From positions 64,001 through 128,000 of the forward strand of contig JBBRSB010000002.1 in the NCBI GenBank assembly GCA_038245785.1: 64,000 bases of DNA, given 5' to 3'. The notes below the pieces were generated by a model, which had not been told where the DNA came from, made no database searches, and saw only the letters and a list, made by a program, of their open reading frames with translations. The translations under genes were made by a program, and so were the position numbers. Source of the stretch: Gloeobacterales cyanobacterium. GTDB taxonomy: Bacteria; Cyanobacteriota; Cyanobacteriia; Gloeobacterales; PMM-0068. Shown here piece by piece: positions 1 through 9,930 of the stretch. Position 1 is the first letter of the stretch; each line of letters opens with the position of its first letter.

Positions 1-195
1 GGTAAAAAAATTAAATGGGAGCTCACTTGCGATGATATGCCAGGGCGATCAGGTGTATTAGAAGTCTCATGACTTTCGTGAGGTTACTGAGGCAGAATGT
101 AACATAGATGGTCTAAACCCAATTAGCTCAATTTAGATGACCATGATATTATCCTGTCCGAGTTCCTGGGCAGCAGCCCAAATCGGAGAACGTGG

Positions 196-450
196 ATGAG
201 TAATCCTAGAGTTTTTGCAGACTTTCACAACGCCGATGCGCAGGGTCACCTGCGGCTGAACTGTATTGGAACCTTTGAGGACCTGGCGAATCAAAACATT
301 GAGTTGCAGAATGGGCAATTCCTCACACTGTACAGCGAAGATTTAGAAATGGATGGAGTCATGCAATATTCTGAAGATGAGAATCTGTGGGTTGCCATCA
401 TCGATTGGGAAAAAATTAGGCAAGTCGAAGAGCTGGTAATTCAAGGATAA
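196..450 (+). CDS. small conserved hypothetical protein
   Basis: 84-aa ORF with ATG and a GGAG upstream; ADFHNAD..GHLRLNC pattern recalls a cyanobacterial hypothetical family. Confidence 0.7.
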   Translation: MSNPRVFADFHNADAQGHLRLNCIGTFEDLANQNIELQNGQFLTLYSEDLEMDGVMQYSEDENLWVAIIDWEKIRQVEELVIQG

Positions 451-461
451 CGCAAGGAAAA

Positions 462-1133
462 TCACTGAGCTGAAGGAAGCCAACTTTTAGGAAGTTCATT
501 CACATCTTCTACCAAGAAATCTGCGTACACCCATATCCGAGAACCATTATAAAGATCTCTAAGAATAGGCTTCGGGGCACCGGATTTATCCCATGGCTGG
601 AGATCGGAGTCTAGTTCGCAGAAACCGACCCAGGAATGTCCCTCTAGCTGTAGCTCCTCAGCCCGAACTAGCAACCCTGCCAAGATAGCCATGTCGTAGG
701 GCTTAAGAGAGAGGTCCATCGCACCAATAGACACCTGCCGTTTCAGCATGGGCTGCGAGAGTGGAAAGACATGGAGACTAGGATGTTTAGCTAACGCACT
801 CATCCGTTCTGGAACTTTCGTCAGTTCGTTTGCAACCAAGCCGTCAAACTGGTCGAATACTCGGAACGCTGTCTCCGCGTCCTCCGCAGACACGCGGCCT
901 CCTTCTCTTGCCCATCTGACAAACTTGCGTAAATCTTCAGAGCGTGCGCGCGGGGTGAATCGTCTGGGTACAGTTTCAAGCGCTTCTGTAAGGCATACTG
1001 CAGGCACATGTAACTCAAACTCGCCAGCCTCCGCGCGTGAGAGTAACTTAACCGCCTGCAGACTCTGTAAATGTGCTGGTGCAACAACATCAACGACCCA
1101 GTTTGTTTCAACCAGAACTGCCGTGGGCTTCAC
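462..1133 (-). CDS. PIN-like domain protein
   Basis: N-terminal VLVETNWVVD strand/acidic motif, later LKPYDMAILA and FCELDSDL, the PIN-fold acidic pattern. Confidence 0.6.
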   Translation of the reverse strand: MKPTAVLVETNWVVDVVAPAHLQSLQAVKLLSRAEAGEFELHVPAVCLTEALETVPRRFTPRARSEDLRKFVRWAREGGRVSAEDAETAFRVFDQFDGLVANELTKVPERMSALAKHPSLHVFPLSQPMLKRQVSIGAMDLSLKPYDMAILAGLLVRAEELQLEGHSWVGFCELDSDLQPWDKSGAPKPILRDLYNGSRIWVYADFLVEDVNELPKSWLPSAQ

Positions 1134-1597
1134 TGTAGAGCTTTACTCCACCTTGGGCCAGCAGCTCTCACCTCGCCGAGTCTGAGAAGACCGATAATCG
1201 GTCCACCTAGCAGGGCTTTCAAATCAACTGGAAAGTTATCTGTATTGGCAGTAAGTTTCAATTTCTCGAGCCATCGCTGAACGCGTGATTCGAACTCAAG
1301 GCTAGGGTTTCCTTTCCACTGCTCATCGGCAGGAGGTAGCAAAAAATCTGGAAGCTTCGCTTCACCGACAACATGAACAGACGTACCATTTGACTCCTTC
1401 AAAGAGTCGCGAAGCAAGATGACACGCTCTCCGGTCACAACTAGGCCAACCGAACAACCAATAGCCGCCATGAAGCTTCTGAGCTGTTCAATAGCATTCT
1501 GAGCGCGTATATCGACATCGTTGAGCTTCACCTCAACGATCATTAAATATTCCCCGTCCGGGCTTGTCACAAGAATGTCTGGATGGGCTGTTTCCAT
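1130..1597 (-). CDS. PD-(D/E)xK restriction-endonuclease-like protein
   Basis: HPDILV...LMIVEVK...AIEQL motif; ATG at 1597 chosen (track start 1699); TGA overlaps GTG of the downstream gene. Confidence 0.6.
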   Translation of the reverse strand: METAHPDILVTSPDGEYLMIVEVKLNDVDIRAQNAIEQLRSFMAAIGCSVGLVVTGERVILLRDSLKESNGTSVHVVGEAKLPDFLLPPADEQWKGNPSLEFESRVQRWLEKLKLTANTDNFPVDLKALLGGPIIGLLRLGEVRAAGPRWSKALQ

Positions 1598-1702
1598 AGG
1601 AGTATTATATCGCAGCGGGTTCATTGAGTCAGGATTATATATAGCCTTGTCTGGAGACAAATTCGAGCACAAAGCGGAGGCATAGATGCTTACGTCCAAT
1701 TG

Positions 1703-2017
1703 TTATACGGCAGCAGCAATAATCTGTCCGATTTCTTGGGGAGTTGCGCCCGTGGCTAACATGCCTCGAATCAGCAATTCGATCGATACCGAAGAATCAC
1801 CATTTTCAGCCATTGCAACACGTGGTTGACTGGAACCAATTTTTGTCGCCAACTCCATCTGTGTCATTTGCTGCTTGCGCCGCTCTTTTAAATTTTGGCT
1901 CAGAGCCAACTTAATGTCCACAATTATGCGTTCTTCAGTACTGATTTCAAGAAAGTCAGCAACTTCCCCAATCTTCCAACCTTTTGCCTCTAAACGTTGT
2001 CGTTTTACTTGTTCTAT
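1703..2017 (-). CDS. HigA-like XRE-family HTH antitoxin
   Basis: KRQRLEAKGWKIGEVADFL N-terminus plus HTH MTQMELATKIGSSQPRVAMAE; the start expected after AGGAG reads ATA (2017). Confidence 0.75.
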   Translation of the reverse strand: MEQVKRQRLEAKGWKIGEVADFLEISTEERIIVDIKLALSQNLKERRKQQMTQMELATKIGSSQPRVAMAENGDSSVSIELLIRGMLATGATPQEIGQIIAAAV

Positions 2018-2022
2018 ATCTT

Positions 2023-2211
2023 TTACTCCTGACTGTCTCGGTCGTATCGTGCTAGACGTTTCTGACAAATTTCAATCACTTTCCTTAGAGTTGTTTGAGT
2101 AGTCTTACTAAACACTTCAACTATCACAATTGCATCGTCGTCAATTCGGTACATGATGCGCCAGTTTTTATCTTCATCGCGGATTCGTAGCTCATGGCAA
2201 TAAATACCAAT
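2023..2211 (-). pseudogene. 5'-truncated HigB/RelE (Gp49-like) toxin
   Basis: Manual translation IGIYCHELRIRDEDKNWRIMYRIDDDAIVIVEVFSKTTQTTLRKVIEICQKRLARYDRDSQE*; N-terminal half absent, in-frame stop at 2218-2220. Confidence 0.75.
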
Positions 2212-2347
2212 GTGCCGTCAGCTCTATTGGAAAGGTACTCACTATCAACATATGCAGCGGTTCATTGCAGATCTGGATCGGATGCAGGTTCCCAAGGGCA
2301 ATACCAAACCAAGATTTTTTGAAGATACATATATGCGAGACGATTGA
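2210..2347 (+). pseudogene. C-terminal remnant of a Mut7-C RNase-domain protein
   Basis: Manual translation MCRQLYWKGTHYQHMQRFIADL...; C-x2-(L/I)YWKG(S/T)H is the Mut7-C terminal motif. Confidence 0.55.
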
Positions 2348-2422
2348 GGAGCCTACGCCATGACAAAATGGCAGGGGCGGATTTCTTCATAGATTCTGTC
2401 CAAACCGTCCAGGGTACTGCCC

Positions 2423-4045
2423 ATGCTACGCCTCACCGAAATCAAACTCTCACTGGATCACGCAGAAGAAGACATTCGTGCTGCCATCCTCAAAAAACTG
2501 TGCATTGCCCCAGATGAACTGATTCATTACGCTGTCTTTAAACGGAGCTATGATGCCCGCAAGCGCGGTGCTATTTCTCTCGTCTACATCCTGGACGTCG
2601 AAACGCCCAAACAGGAACAACTCCTCCGGCGATTTAGGAAAGACCCTCACGTGGTGCTTACCCCTGACACCACCTATCGCTATGTGGCAGAAGCACCGCC
2701 TGGATTAGCAAAAGAAACCCGCCCAATCGTTATTGGCAACGGCCCCTGCGGCATGTTTGCAGGGCTACTGCTAGCGCAGATGGGATTTTGTCCGCTGATT
2801 TTAGAACGAGGAAAAGCTGTACATGAGCGTTCCGTCGATACTTTTGGCTTCTGGAGTAAGCGAAAGTTTAATCCAGAGTCCAACGCTCAATTTGGCGAAG
2901 GGGGTGCGGGCACCTTTTCCGATGGCAAGCTCTACAGCCGTATCAAAGATGCTAATCGTCAGGGGCGTAAAGTCCTCACTGAACTGGTCAATGCTGGTGC
3001 AGCTCCCGAAATTCTCTACATCAATAAACCCCACATTGGCACCTACCGACTGGTGAAAATTGTCGAGAACATGCGCAACACGATTGAATCGCTGGGGGGC
3101 GAAATTCGTTTTCAAAGTCGTGTAGAAAACATCGATATTGAGCAGGGCCAAGTGCGCGGCGTCACCCTCGCCAATGGGGAATATATTGCTAGTGAGCACG
3201 TCATTCTAGCGGTTGGACACAGTGCCCGTGACACTTTTGAGATGCTCCATAAGCAGGGTGTCTATATCGAACCCAAGCCCTTTTCCATTGGCTTTCGGAT
3301 CGAGCATCCCCAATCCCTGATCGACCAATGCCGATTTGGGACGCAGGCGGGCCACCCGATTCTGGGTGCGGCCGATTATAAACTGGTTCATCACTGCTCA
3401 AATGGGCGCTCGGTCTATAGTTTCTGCATGTGTCCAGGGGGGCAAGTTGTTGCGGCAACATCAGAGATAGGGCGGGTCGTTACCAATGGCATGAGTCAAT
3501 ATTCCCGCAGAGGAAAGAATGCCAATAGCGGCATTGTCGTCGGCATCACGCCGGAGGATTATCCTGGGAGCCCCTTAGCTGGAATTGATTTTCAGCGTCG
3601 CCTAGAGGAGCGAGCCTTTGAGTTGGGCGGCGGAACCTACGAAGCTCCGGGGCAGCTAGTGGGTGACTTTCTTGCCCAGCGACCCTCTACCGAACTAGGA
3701 AGTGTCAAGCCTTCCTATCGTCCTGGGGTGCATCTATGCGATTTGAGCCCGAGTTTGCCAGATTATGCAATCGCCGCCATTCGTGAAGCGATACCCGCTT
3801 TTGACAAACAGCTCAAAGGCTTTGCCATGCATGATGCTGTTCTTACGGGTGTCGAAACCCGCACGTCCTCCCCGATTTGCATCAAGCGTGGTGATGACTG
3901 CCAAAGTCTCAATACAAAAGGGCTTTACCCGGCAGGCGAAGGGGCTGGATACGCTGGAGGAATCCTCTCCGCAGGCGTAGACGGTATCAAAGTAGCCGAG
4001 GCCGTTGCCCTGAGCATCATGGAAACTGCAGTCTGCAAGATTTGA
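2423..4045 (+). CDS. NAD(P)/FAD-dependent oxidoreductase (COG2509-like)
   Basis: GxGPxG, FGEGGAGTFSDGKL, FCMCPGG, ETRTSSP, GEGAGYAGGI motifs. Confidence 0.9.
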   Translation: MLRLTEIKLSLDHAEEDIRAAILKKLCIAPDELIHYAVFKRSYDARKRGAISLVYILDVETPKQEQLLRRFRKDPHVVLTPDTTYRYVAEAPPGLAKETRPIVIGNGPCGMFAGLLLAQMGFCPLILERGKAVHERSVDTFGFWSKRKFNPESNAQFGEGGAGTFSDGKLYSRIKDANRQGRKVLTELVNAGAAPEILYINKPHIGTYRLVKIVENMRNTIESLGGEIRFQSRVENIDIEQGQVRGVTLANGEYIASEHVILAVGHSARDTFEMLHKQGVYIEPKPFSIGFRIEHPQSLIDQCRFGTQAGHPILGAADYKLVHHCSNGRSVYSFCMCPGGQVVAATSEIGRVVTNGMSQYSRRGKNANSGIVVGITPEDYPGSPLAGIDFQRRLEERAFELGGGTYEAPGQLVGDFLAQRPSTELGSVKPSYRPGVHLCDLSPSLPDYAIAAIREAIPAFDKQLKGFAMHDAVLTGVETRTSSPICIKRGDDCQSLNTKGLYPAGEGAGYAGGILSAGVDGIKVAEAVALSIMETAVCKI

Positions 4046-4069
4046 TTGGCTTAACTAGAGCGAACATAA

Positions 4070-4182
4070 CCCCTGGCTATCGCCGTCCCCCTTGCCCTAG
4101 GCGTTCGCGTAGCGTCTCTGCAAGAGACAGCTTTCCCGTTGGCAAAGCCTGCCGAAGGCATAGGGTAGGGGACTACAGGAGG
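4070..4182. repeat. REP/SDR-like GC-rich palindromic element with internal inserts
   Basis: CCCCTGGCTATCGCCGTCCCCCTT...GGGGACTACAGGAGG arms interrupted by short GCGTAGCGTCTC/GCCTGCCGAAGGC units. Confidence 0.55.
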
Positions 4183-4213
4183 TCTTCTTAATTCCACCTA
4201 GCTACTTATCCAT

Positions 4214-4251
4214 AAAAAGAGGGGGTAGCCTGAAAGCTGCCCCCTCTTTTT
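4214..4251. terminator. bidirectional intrinsic terminator
   Basis: AAAAAGAGGGGGTAGC-ctgaaa-GCTGCCCCCTCTTTTT between convergent genes. Confidence 0.85.
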
Positions 4252-4264
4252 AATCAATATCCGG

Positions 4265-6403
4265 TTACTCGGCTACTTCAGCCGTTTCATCGGGGTGAAT
4301 GCCCAAACGAGTTAGGTTGACGCGGCCTTTATGGTCAATTTGTTTGACCTTGACCAAGATGGTATCGCCTACCGCAACTTCATCTTCCACTCTCCGTACG
4401 CGGTGTTCCGCTAGCTGAGAGATATGAACCATGCCTTCTTTACCGGGCAGAATCTCGACAAAAGCACCAATCGGAATAATCCGGGTGACTTTGCCGTTAT
4501 AGACCTTGCCGGAATCGATGGTGCGGGTCATGTCTTGAATCATGCGTTGGGCAATGCGCGCTGCTTCCCCATCTGTAGACGCAATGATCACTGTACCGTC
4601 ATCTTCGATATCGACGGTGGCACCGCTTTCGGCAATAATCCGTTTGATGTTCTTACCGCCAGGTCCAATGACCGCCCCAATCATGTTTTCAGGAATCCGG
4701 ATCGTCAAGAGACGAGGAGCATCAGGAGACAGCTCAGGACGAGGAGCATCAAGGACAGCCAGCATCTTCTCTAGAATATGCAGTCTGCCACCCTTTGCTT
4801 GATTCAAGGCCGTTTCCAGCACCGCCAGGGTGATCCCGGTAATCTTGATGTCCATCTGCAAGGCCGTAATCCCATCACGAGTCCCTGCTACTTTGAAGTC
4901 CATATCGCCCAGGAAATCTTCAATCCCTTGAATATCGCTGAGGACCCGCACTTCATCGTCTTCTTTAATCAGACCCATCGCCACCCCAGAGACAGGTTCC
5001 TTGATTGGGACTCCTGCATCCATTAGAGCGAGGGTAGAACCGCAGACAGAAGCCATACTGGTCGAACCGTTGGAAGACAAGGCTTCAGAAACGATTCGGA
5101 GAACGTATGGGAACTCGTCTTTGGGAGGAAGGACGGTCATCAAGGCTCGTTCGGCCAAGGCTCCATGACCAATTTCCCGACGGGAAGAACCCCGTTGAGG
5201 CTTCACTTCTCCCGTGGAATATCCAGGGAAGTTGTAGTGGTGAATGTAGCGCTTTTCACTGTCGGGATGCAGGTCATCCATCTCTTGGGCATCACCCGAA
5301 GTTCCCATCGTCAGGACAGAAAGGACTTGGGTATTGCCCCGAGTAAAGAGTCCACAACCGTGAACTTTAGGAATAATGCGAACGGCACAGGAAATAGGAC
5401 GAATTTCTTCTAGCGTCCGTCCGTCCACCCGGCGGTTATCCCGAACAATTTGGCCACGCATTAACTTCTTAGTTTGCGCTTTGAAGAGGTCTTTGACCTT
5501 ATTGAACTCAGGGGCCGCAGCAATCGCTTGAGCCACTTCGTCGTCTGCTGGCAGAGCAGCCACTGCCGCTTTTACTTCCTCTTCAATAGCAGTCAACTTC
5601 TCATCCCGCTCGTTCTTCGGTAAGAAATCTCCCAAAATAGAAGCCACTTTATCTTTCGCTTGATTCTCGATGAACGAAATAACAATCGGGCTAGATTCGG
5701 GGGCTGTAAATTCCATCGGCTTGATATTGAGGTCTGCCACCATCTCTTTCTGGGCAGCCAACAGTCCACCTATCGCTTCCATGCCGAAGTCTAAAGCTTC
5801 TAGGACGTCTTCTTCGGGGAGGCGGTTGGCTCCGGCCTCTACCATGATCACGCCGTTCTCCGTACCTGCCACAACCAGGTCTAAATCACTCTTATTCAGT
5901 TCGGGATAGGTGGGATTCAGCACAAAATCATCGCCCAACAGACCAACCCGTACGCCAGCAATCGGTCCCGCAAAAGGCAGTCCTGCCAACATGAGTGCAG
6001 CAGAAGCTGCCGTTAAGGCGAGGATATCCGGAGGAACCATGTCGTCTAGGGACAACACCGTAGCAACGATTTGGACATCATTCCGGAACCCGTCTGGGAA
6101 AAGGGGACGAATAGCCCGGTCAATTAAACGCGAAGCGAGGATTGCTTTTTCTGGGGGGCGGGCTTCCCGACGCATGAAACTGCCTGGAATGCGTCCTGCT
6201 GCGTAAAGTCGCTCTTCGTAATCTACTAATAAGGGGAAGAAATCCATGCCTTCTCGAGGCTTTTTGCTCATGGTGGCAGTTACTAAAACACTGGTACCAC
6301 CGCCTTGAACTAGAATCGAACCACCTGCTTGTTGCGCCAATACTCCTGTACTAAAACTAATCTCCCGTCCGCCCACTAGGACAGACTTTCGATACTCAGT
6401 CAT
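4265..6403 (-). CDS. pnp: polyribonucleotide nucleotidyltransferase
   Basis: [35 protein letters not shown] and S1 domains. Confidence 0.98.
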   Translation of the reverse strand: MTEYRKSVLVGGREISFSTGVLAQQAGGSILVQGGGTSVLVTATMSKKPREGMDFFPLLVDYEERLYAAGRIPGSFMRREARPPEKAILASRLIDRAIRPLFPDGFRNDVQIVATVLSLDDMVPPDILALTAASAALMLAGLPFAGPIAGVRVGLLGDDFVLNPTYPELNKSDLDLVVAGTENGVIMVEAGANRLPEEDVLEALDFGMEAIGGLLAAQKEMVADLNIKPMEFTAPESSPIVISFIENQAKDKVASILGDFLPKNERDEKLTAIEEEVKAAVAALPADDEVAQAIAAAPEFNKVKDLFKAQTKKLMRGQIVRDNRRVDGRTLEEIRPISCAVRIIPKVHGCGLFTRGNTQVLSVLTMGTSGDAQEMDDLHPDSEKRYIHHYNFPGYSTGEVKPQRGSSRREIGHGALAERALMTVLPPKDEFPYVLRIVSEALSSNGSTSMASVCGSTLALMDAGVPIKEPVSGVAMGLIKEDDEVRVLSDIQGIEDFLGDMDFKVAGTRDGITALQMDIKITGITLAVLETALNQAKGGRLHILEKMLAVLDAPRPELSPDAPRLLTIRIPENMIGAVIGPGGKNIKRIIAESGATVDIEDDGTVIIASTDGEAARIAQRMIQDMTRTIDSGKVYNGKVTRIIPIGAFVEILPGKEGMVHISQLAEHRVRRVEDEVAVGDTILVKVKQIDHKGRVNLTRLGIHPDETAEVAE

Positions 6404-6484
6404 TCTGTTCCTTTCTTTGTTTTTAGCTAACTAAAGATTGTACCAACTTCAACACCGCCCCTGCGTTTATTTACTGAATAAATT

Positions 6485-6519
6485 AAAACAAAACCCCTAT
6501 GCTTCTGGCACGGGGGCTT
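6485..6519 (-). terminator. intrinsic terminator after rpsU
   Basis: minus strand AAGCCCCCGTGC-cagaa-GCATAGGGGTTTTGTTTT. Confidence 0.6.
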
Positions 6520-6525
6520 AACAAC

Positions 6526-6705
6526 TTAGAGTCTAGGACGATGTCTACGTGCTGCTTCCCGCTTGCGTTTACGCTCTTCGCTGGGTTTCTCGTAGTATTC
6601 GCGTCGCTTAACTTCTGCTAAGATGCCTGCTTTCTGAATTTTCTTCTTAAACCGACGCAGTGCAGACTCTACAGATTCATTTTCGCCAAGACGAACTTCA
6701 CTCAC
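6526..6705 (-). CDS. rpsU: 30S ribosomal protein S21
   Basis: [16 protein letters not shown]...[15 protein letters not shown] at 6705 after a purine-rich SD. Confidence 0.95.
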   Translation of the reverse strand: MSEVRLGENESVESALRRFKKKIQKAGILAEVKRREYYEKPSEERKRKREAARRHRPRL

Positions 6706-6733
6706 TAACAATCACCCCCTCTACTTAGTATTT

Positions 6734-7057
6734 TTATTCAAAGACTTGCAATCGGACTTCTTGACCATGGCTTTGGCCTGCCGCTTCCAGTACCCGGCGT
6801 ACGGCTTGGATAGTGCGGCCCCCGCGACCAAATACTTTTCCTTTATCCGAACTGTCAAAGGCGAGACGGATAAGGATTTTGGCACCTCCACGCGTAGACT
6901 CAACCCGGACCACTAGCTTGTCTGGAGTATCCAATAAAGGCCCGACTAGAAAGCGAACCAACTTAGGATAGTCGGGGTTGGGTCCAGAAGGGTCGAAAGC
7001 GATGCCTTCTACTTCTAACGGAGTACTCTCTGTTTCGTTAGGCGCTGAGCTGTTCAA
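6734..7057 (-). CDS. khpA: KH-domain RNA-binding protein
   Basis: [29 protein letters not shown]; conserved position after rpsP. Confidence 0.85.
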   Translation of the reverse strand: MNSSAPNETESTPLEVEGIAFDPSGPNPDYPKLVRFLVGPLLDTPDKLVVRVESTRGGAKILIRLAFDSSDKGKVFGRGGRTIQAVRRVLEAAGQSHGQEVRLQVFE

Positions 7058-7304
7058 AGACTTTTGCCTTTACGAGCAATGTGCGGACAGTTTCTGTAGG
7101 CTGTGCCCCGTTGCGGAGCCACTTAGCAGCAGCTTCTACATCAATTTTGAAACACTGTTCAGGCTCAGAATCCTTAGCTCGAGGATTGTAGAAGCCAATT
7201 TCTTCTAGAACAGCACCATCCCGTCTTTTACGGGAATCCAAGACAACAATGCGATAAAAGGGACGGCGTTTAGAACCCAGCCGTTTCAGACGAATAGCGA
7301 CGAT
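7038..7304 (-). CDS. rpsP: 30S ribosomal protein S16
   Basis: [41 protein letters not shown]; start ambiguous (ATC 7304 or TTG 7322). Confidence 0.95.
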   Translation of the reverse strand: MVAIRLKRLGSKRRPFYRIVVLDSRKRRDGAVLEEIGFYNPRAKDSEPEQCFKIDVEAAAKWLRNGAQPTETVRTLLVKAKVFEQLSA

Positions 7305-7378
7305 GACCTTTCTCCTTTGCAATACCCACAGCGTAATAGTGTAGCGTGACTCCCGTTACCTTGGATAGGGGGCAAGCG

Positions 7379-8860
7379 TTAACTAAATCCTTTGCGGTCT
7401 TTCTTTTTGGGCGGCTTGGGTGGTTTTGCCTTAGTCGCTTGTCCGCGCCAACCAGGGCCTCCCCCTGCAGCTGGACCCATACGGCCCTGATTACCCATGC
7501 CGCCCATTCCAGGCATTCCACCACCCATGCCACCCATTCCGCCCATGCCAGGCATGCCGCCAAAACCACCACGGCCCATTTGCTGCATCATGCCGCGCAT
7601 CTGCTGAAACTGGTTGAGCATTTGGCCTACATCTTGAATGGAATGACCTGAGCCTTTGGCGATACGGCGTTTGCGCGATAGGTCGATGGCATCAGGATTG
7701 CGACGTTCCGATGGAGTCATCGAACCAATCATCGCTTCCGTCTTTTTGAGCTGCTGTTCTCCCTGTTCTATTTGTTCATCGGTGATTTTGCCACCGACGC
7801 CGGGCAAGAGCTTGAGGATGCCGCCGAAGGAACCCATCTTCTTGATCATCCGCATCTGTTTGACAAAGTCTTCCAGGTTGAAGGACGCATTAAGAATTTT
7901 GTCTTCTAACTTACTGGCATCGGTGATATCAATCTCTTCTTGCGCTTTTTCTACCAGAGTCATCAAGTCGCCACCGCCCAGGATGCGGGAGGCCATGCGG
8001 TCGGGATAGAAAGGCTGTAAGGCTTCTACTTTCTCACCGACCCCGATGAATTTGATCGGTTGACCCGAAACCTGACGGATAGAAAGAGCCGCCCCACCAC
8101 GGGTATCCCCGTCCATCTTGGTGAGGATGGCACCAGTAATGCCTACCCGTTCATGGAAAACGCGGGTTAGGTTCGCGGCTTCCTGTCCGGTCATCGCATC
8201 GACGACCAATAGAATTTCATCGGGCTGGGCCAGATTTTTGATGTTGACCAGCTCTTGCATCATGTCTTCATCAATTTGCAGGCGACCGGCAGTGTCAATG
8301 ATGATCGTATCTACTTTTTCCTGTTGACCATAGGCAATGCCCTCCCGTGCGATATCCACTGGATTGGCTTCGGTCCCTTTCTCAAAGATCGGTACCTGGA
8401 TCTGCTTTGCTAAGGTCCGCAGCTGGTCTACGGCGGCTGGACGGTAAACATCACAGGCGACTAAGAGAGCACGTTTATTTTCTTTGCGGAGGAATAAGGC
8501 CAGCTTGGCGGCAGCAGTGGTTTTTCCTGTTCCCTGCAAGCCTGCCATCAGAACAATGGTTGGTCCACTTTCTGCCTGGTTCAAGGGCACATTCGCTTGG
8601 CCCATGAGGCTGCGCAGTTCGTCATAGACGATGTTGGCGAACTGTTGACCTGGAGAAAGGGTGAGCAGGACTTCACTGCCTAGGGCCTTTTCCTGGATGT
8701 GTTCAATAAAGTCTTTGACCACCTGGAGGTTGACGTCTGCATCCAGCAGAGAGCGCCGTACCAGCCTCAGGGTCTCTTCAATATTCTTCTCTGTAAGTTT
8801 GTCTTCACCCTTCAGTTTCTTGAAGGCACCTTCTAATTTCTCACTCAGGGCATCGAACAT
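7379..8860 (-). CDS. ffh: signal recognition particle protein
   Basis: MFDALSEKL start, GLQGTGKTT, DTAGRLQ, TKMDGDTRGG, M domain with Gly/Met-rich tail. Confidence 0.97.
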   Translation of the reverse strand: MFDALSEKLEGAFKKLKGEDKLTEKNIEETLRLVRRSLLDADVNLQVVKDFIEHIQEKALGSEVLLTLSPGQQFANIVYDELRSLMGQANVPLNQAESGPTIVLMAGLQGTGKTTAAAKLALFLRKENKRALLVACDVYRPAAVDQLRTLAKQIQVPIFEKGTEANPVDIAREGIAYGQQEKVDTIIIDTAGRLQIDEDMMQELVNIKNLAQPDEILLVVDAMTGQEAANLTRVFHERVGITGAILTKMDGDTRGGAALSIRQVSGQPIKFIGVGEKVEALQPFYPDRMASRILGGGDLMTLVEKAQEEIDITDASKLEDKILNASFNLEDFVKQMRMIKKMGSFGGILKLLPGVGGKITDEQIEQGEQQLKKTEAMIGSMTPSERRNPDAIDLSRKRRIAKGSGHSIQDVGQMLNQFQQMRGMMQQMGRGGFGGMPGMGGMGGMGGGMPGMGGMGNQGRMGPAAGGGPGWRGQATKAKPPKPPKKKDRKGFS

Positions 8861-8930
8861 AGGCTTATACAGGGGTGGGAGTGTTGCTTTATCCCAGGAT
8901 AGCGGAGCGACTCCCAAAAAACCCAGATAA

Positions 8931-9827
8931 TTAAGTCCCCGTCGAGCCAAATCCGCCTACACCCCGCGCCGTCTCCTCAAAATCCTCTACTTGGGTGAAC
9001 GCCCCGTGGACAATCGGGGTAGGGATGAGTTGGACAAGCCTATTAGGCAGGACTAGGTCTGGAGCATCGGGGTCTACTTTAATCAGGGGTACTAGGATAG
9101 GACCTGCGTAGGATCTGTCAATAATTCCAATGCCATTGGCCAACATATAACCTGACTTAATGATCGAACTGCGGGCCGCTAAAATTAGATACCAACCATA
9201 GCTTGGTTGCACTTTAATTCCAGTATCATAAAGTTCGACTTTCCCAATCTGTTTCGCTTTCTTAATGATGGTGAGATCGAATCCTGAGTCAGACACTCGT
9301 TCCTTAAAGGGGGCGACAGCATCTGGGTCCAGTTTTACCCATTTAAAGGATTCTAGCTTGCTGTGATTTCTTCCGGACAAACCAGGAATCCAACCGGCCC
9401 ATTCTAGATAAACGTCTTTATTATTTTGCTGGAAGAAATGAGCATTCTCGTAGAGATTGCCTAGAAAATCTAGGGCATTATTGCTATACCATTCAAGCGT
9501 TTCTTTACCGTTCTCAGAACGAGCAATGCAAGGGATGGCACAAAATTCTTTGATGCTTTCTCGCATCGCTTTAGAAGAACAGGTAAGACTGCATTTCGGT
9601 TGTTGCCCATCTTCGGTGACATGAACAATATGTCCACGTTGTTCAAAGTATCCTCTAAGAAAATCCCAGGCTAGTTCTTGACTAAGCTTGAAAGGGAAAT
9701 TCTCATACTCAGATTGAGTTGTAGCGACAGACTCAAGATAGTCATAGTTGCAGCCTAACAAATAGGCTTTTTCTTCAGTCGTAATTTCTTTGAAATGATC
9801 ACTTGCCAAGATATATCCCACAGCCAA
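8931..9827 (-). CDS. dut: dUTP diphosphatase with N-terminal LAGLIDADG-like domain
   Basis: All five dUTPase motifs (SGFDL, RSS, GIIDRSYAG, RLVQL, RGVGGFGSTG) in the C-half; EEKAYLLG and FLRGYFEQRGHI in the N-half. Confidence 0.85.
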   Translation of the reverse strand: MAVGYILASDHFKEITTEEKAYLLGCNYDYLESVATTQSEYENFPFKLSQELAWDFLRGYFEQRGHIVHVTEDGQQPKCSLTCSSKAMRESIKEFCAIPCIARSENGKETLEWYSNNALDFLGNLYENAHFFQQNNKDVYLEWAGWIPGLSGRNHSKLESFKWVKLDPDAVAPFKERVSDSGFDLTIIKKAKQIGKVELYDTGIKVQPSYGWYLILAARSSIIKSGYMLANGIGIIDRSYAGPILVPLIKVDPDAPDLVLPNRLVQLIPTPIVHGAFTQVEDFEETARGVGGFGSTGT

Positions 9828-9930
9828 AAGATGAGTTAACCTATCACGAAAAAATGGTGAGGGTCTATTTTTTTAATCAAATAAAGCAGATCTACGCCAC
9901 GGCACCGGATATCTCCATAGAGGCATCAGC

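Noticed and set aside
1..72. Possible 3' end of a gene entering the window
   Set aside because: Only 23 codons are visible, too few to support a call.
7440..7600. GGM repeats at the ffh 3' end
   Set aside because: Ordinary Gly/Met-rich low-complexity tail, not a CRISPR or mobile repeat.
8931..9827. Intein in dut
   Set aside because: The endonuclease-like part is N-terminal rather than inserted, and splice-junction residues are absent.
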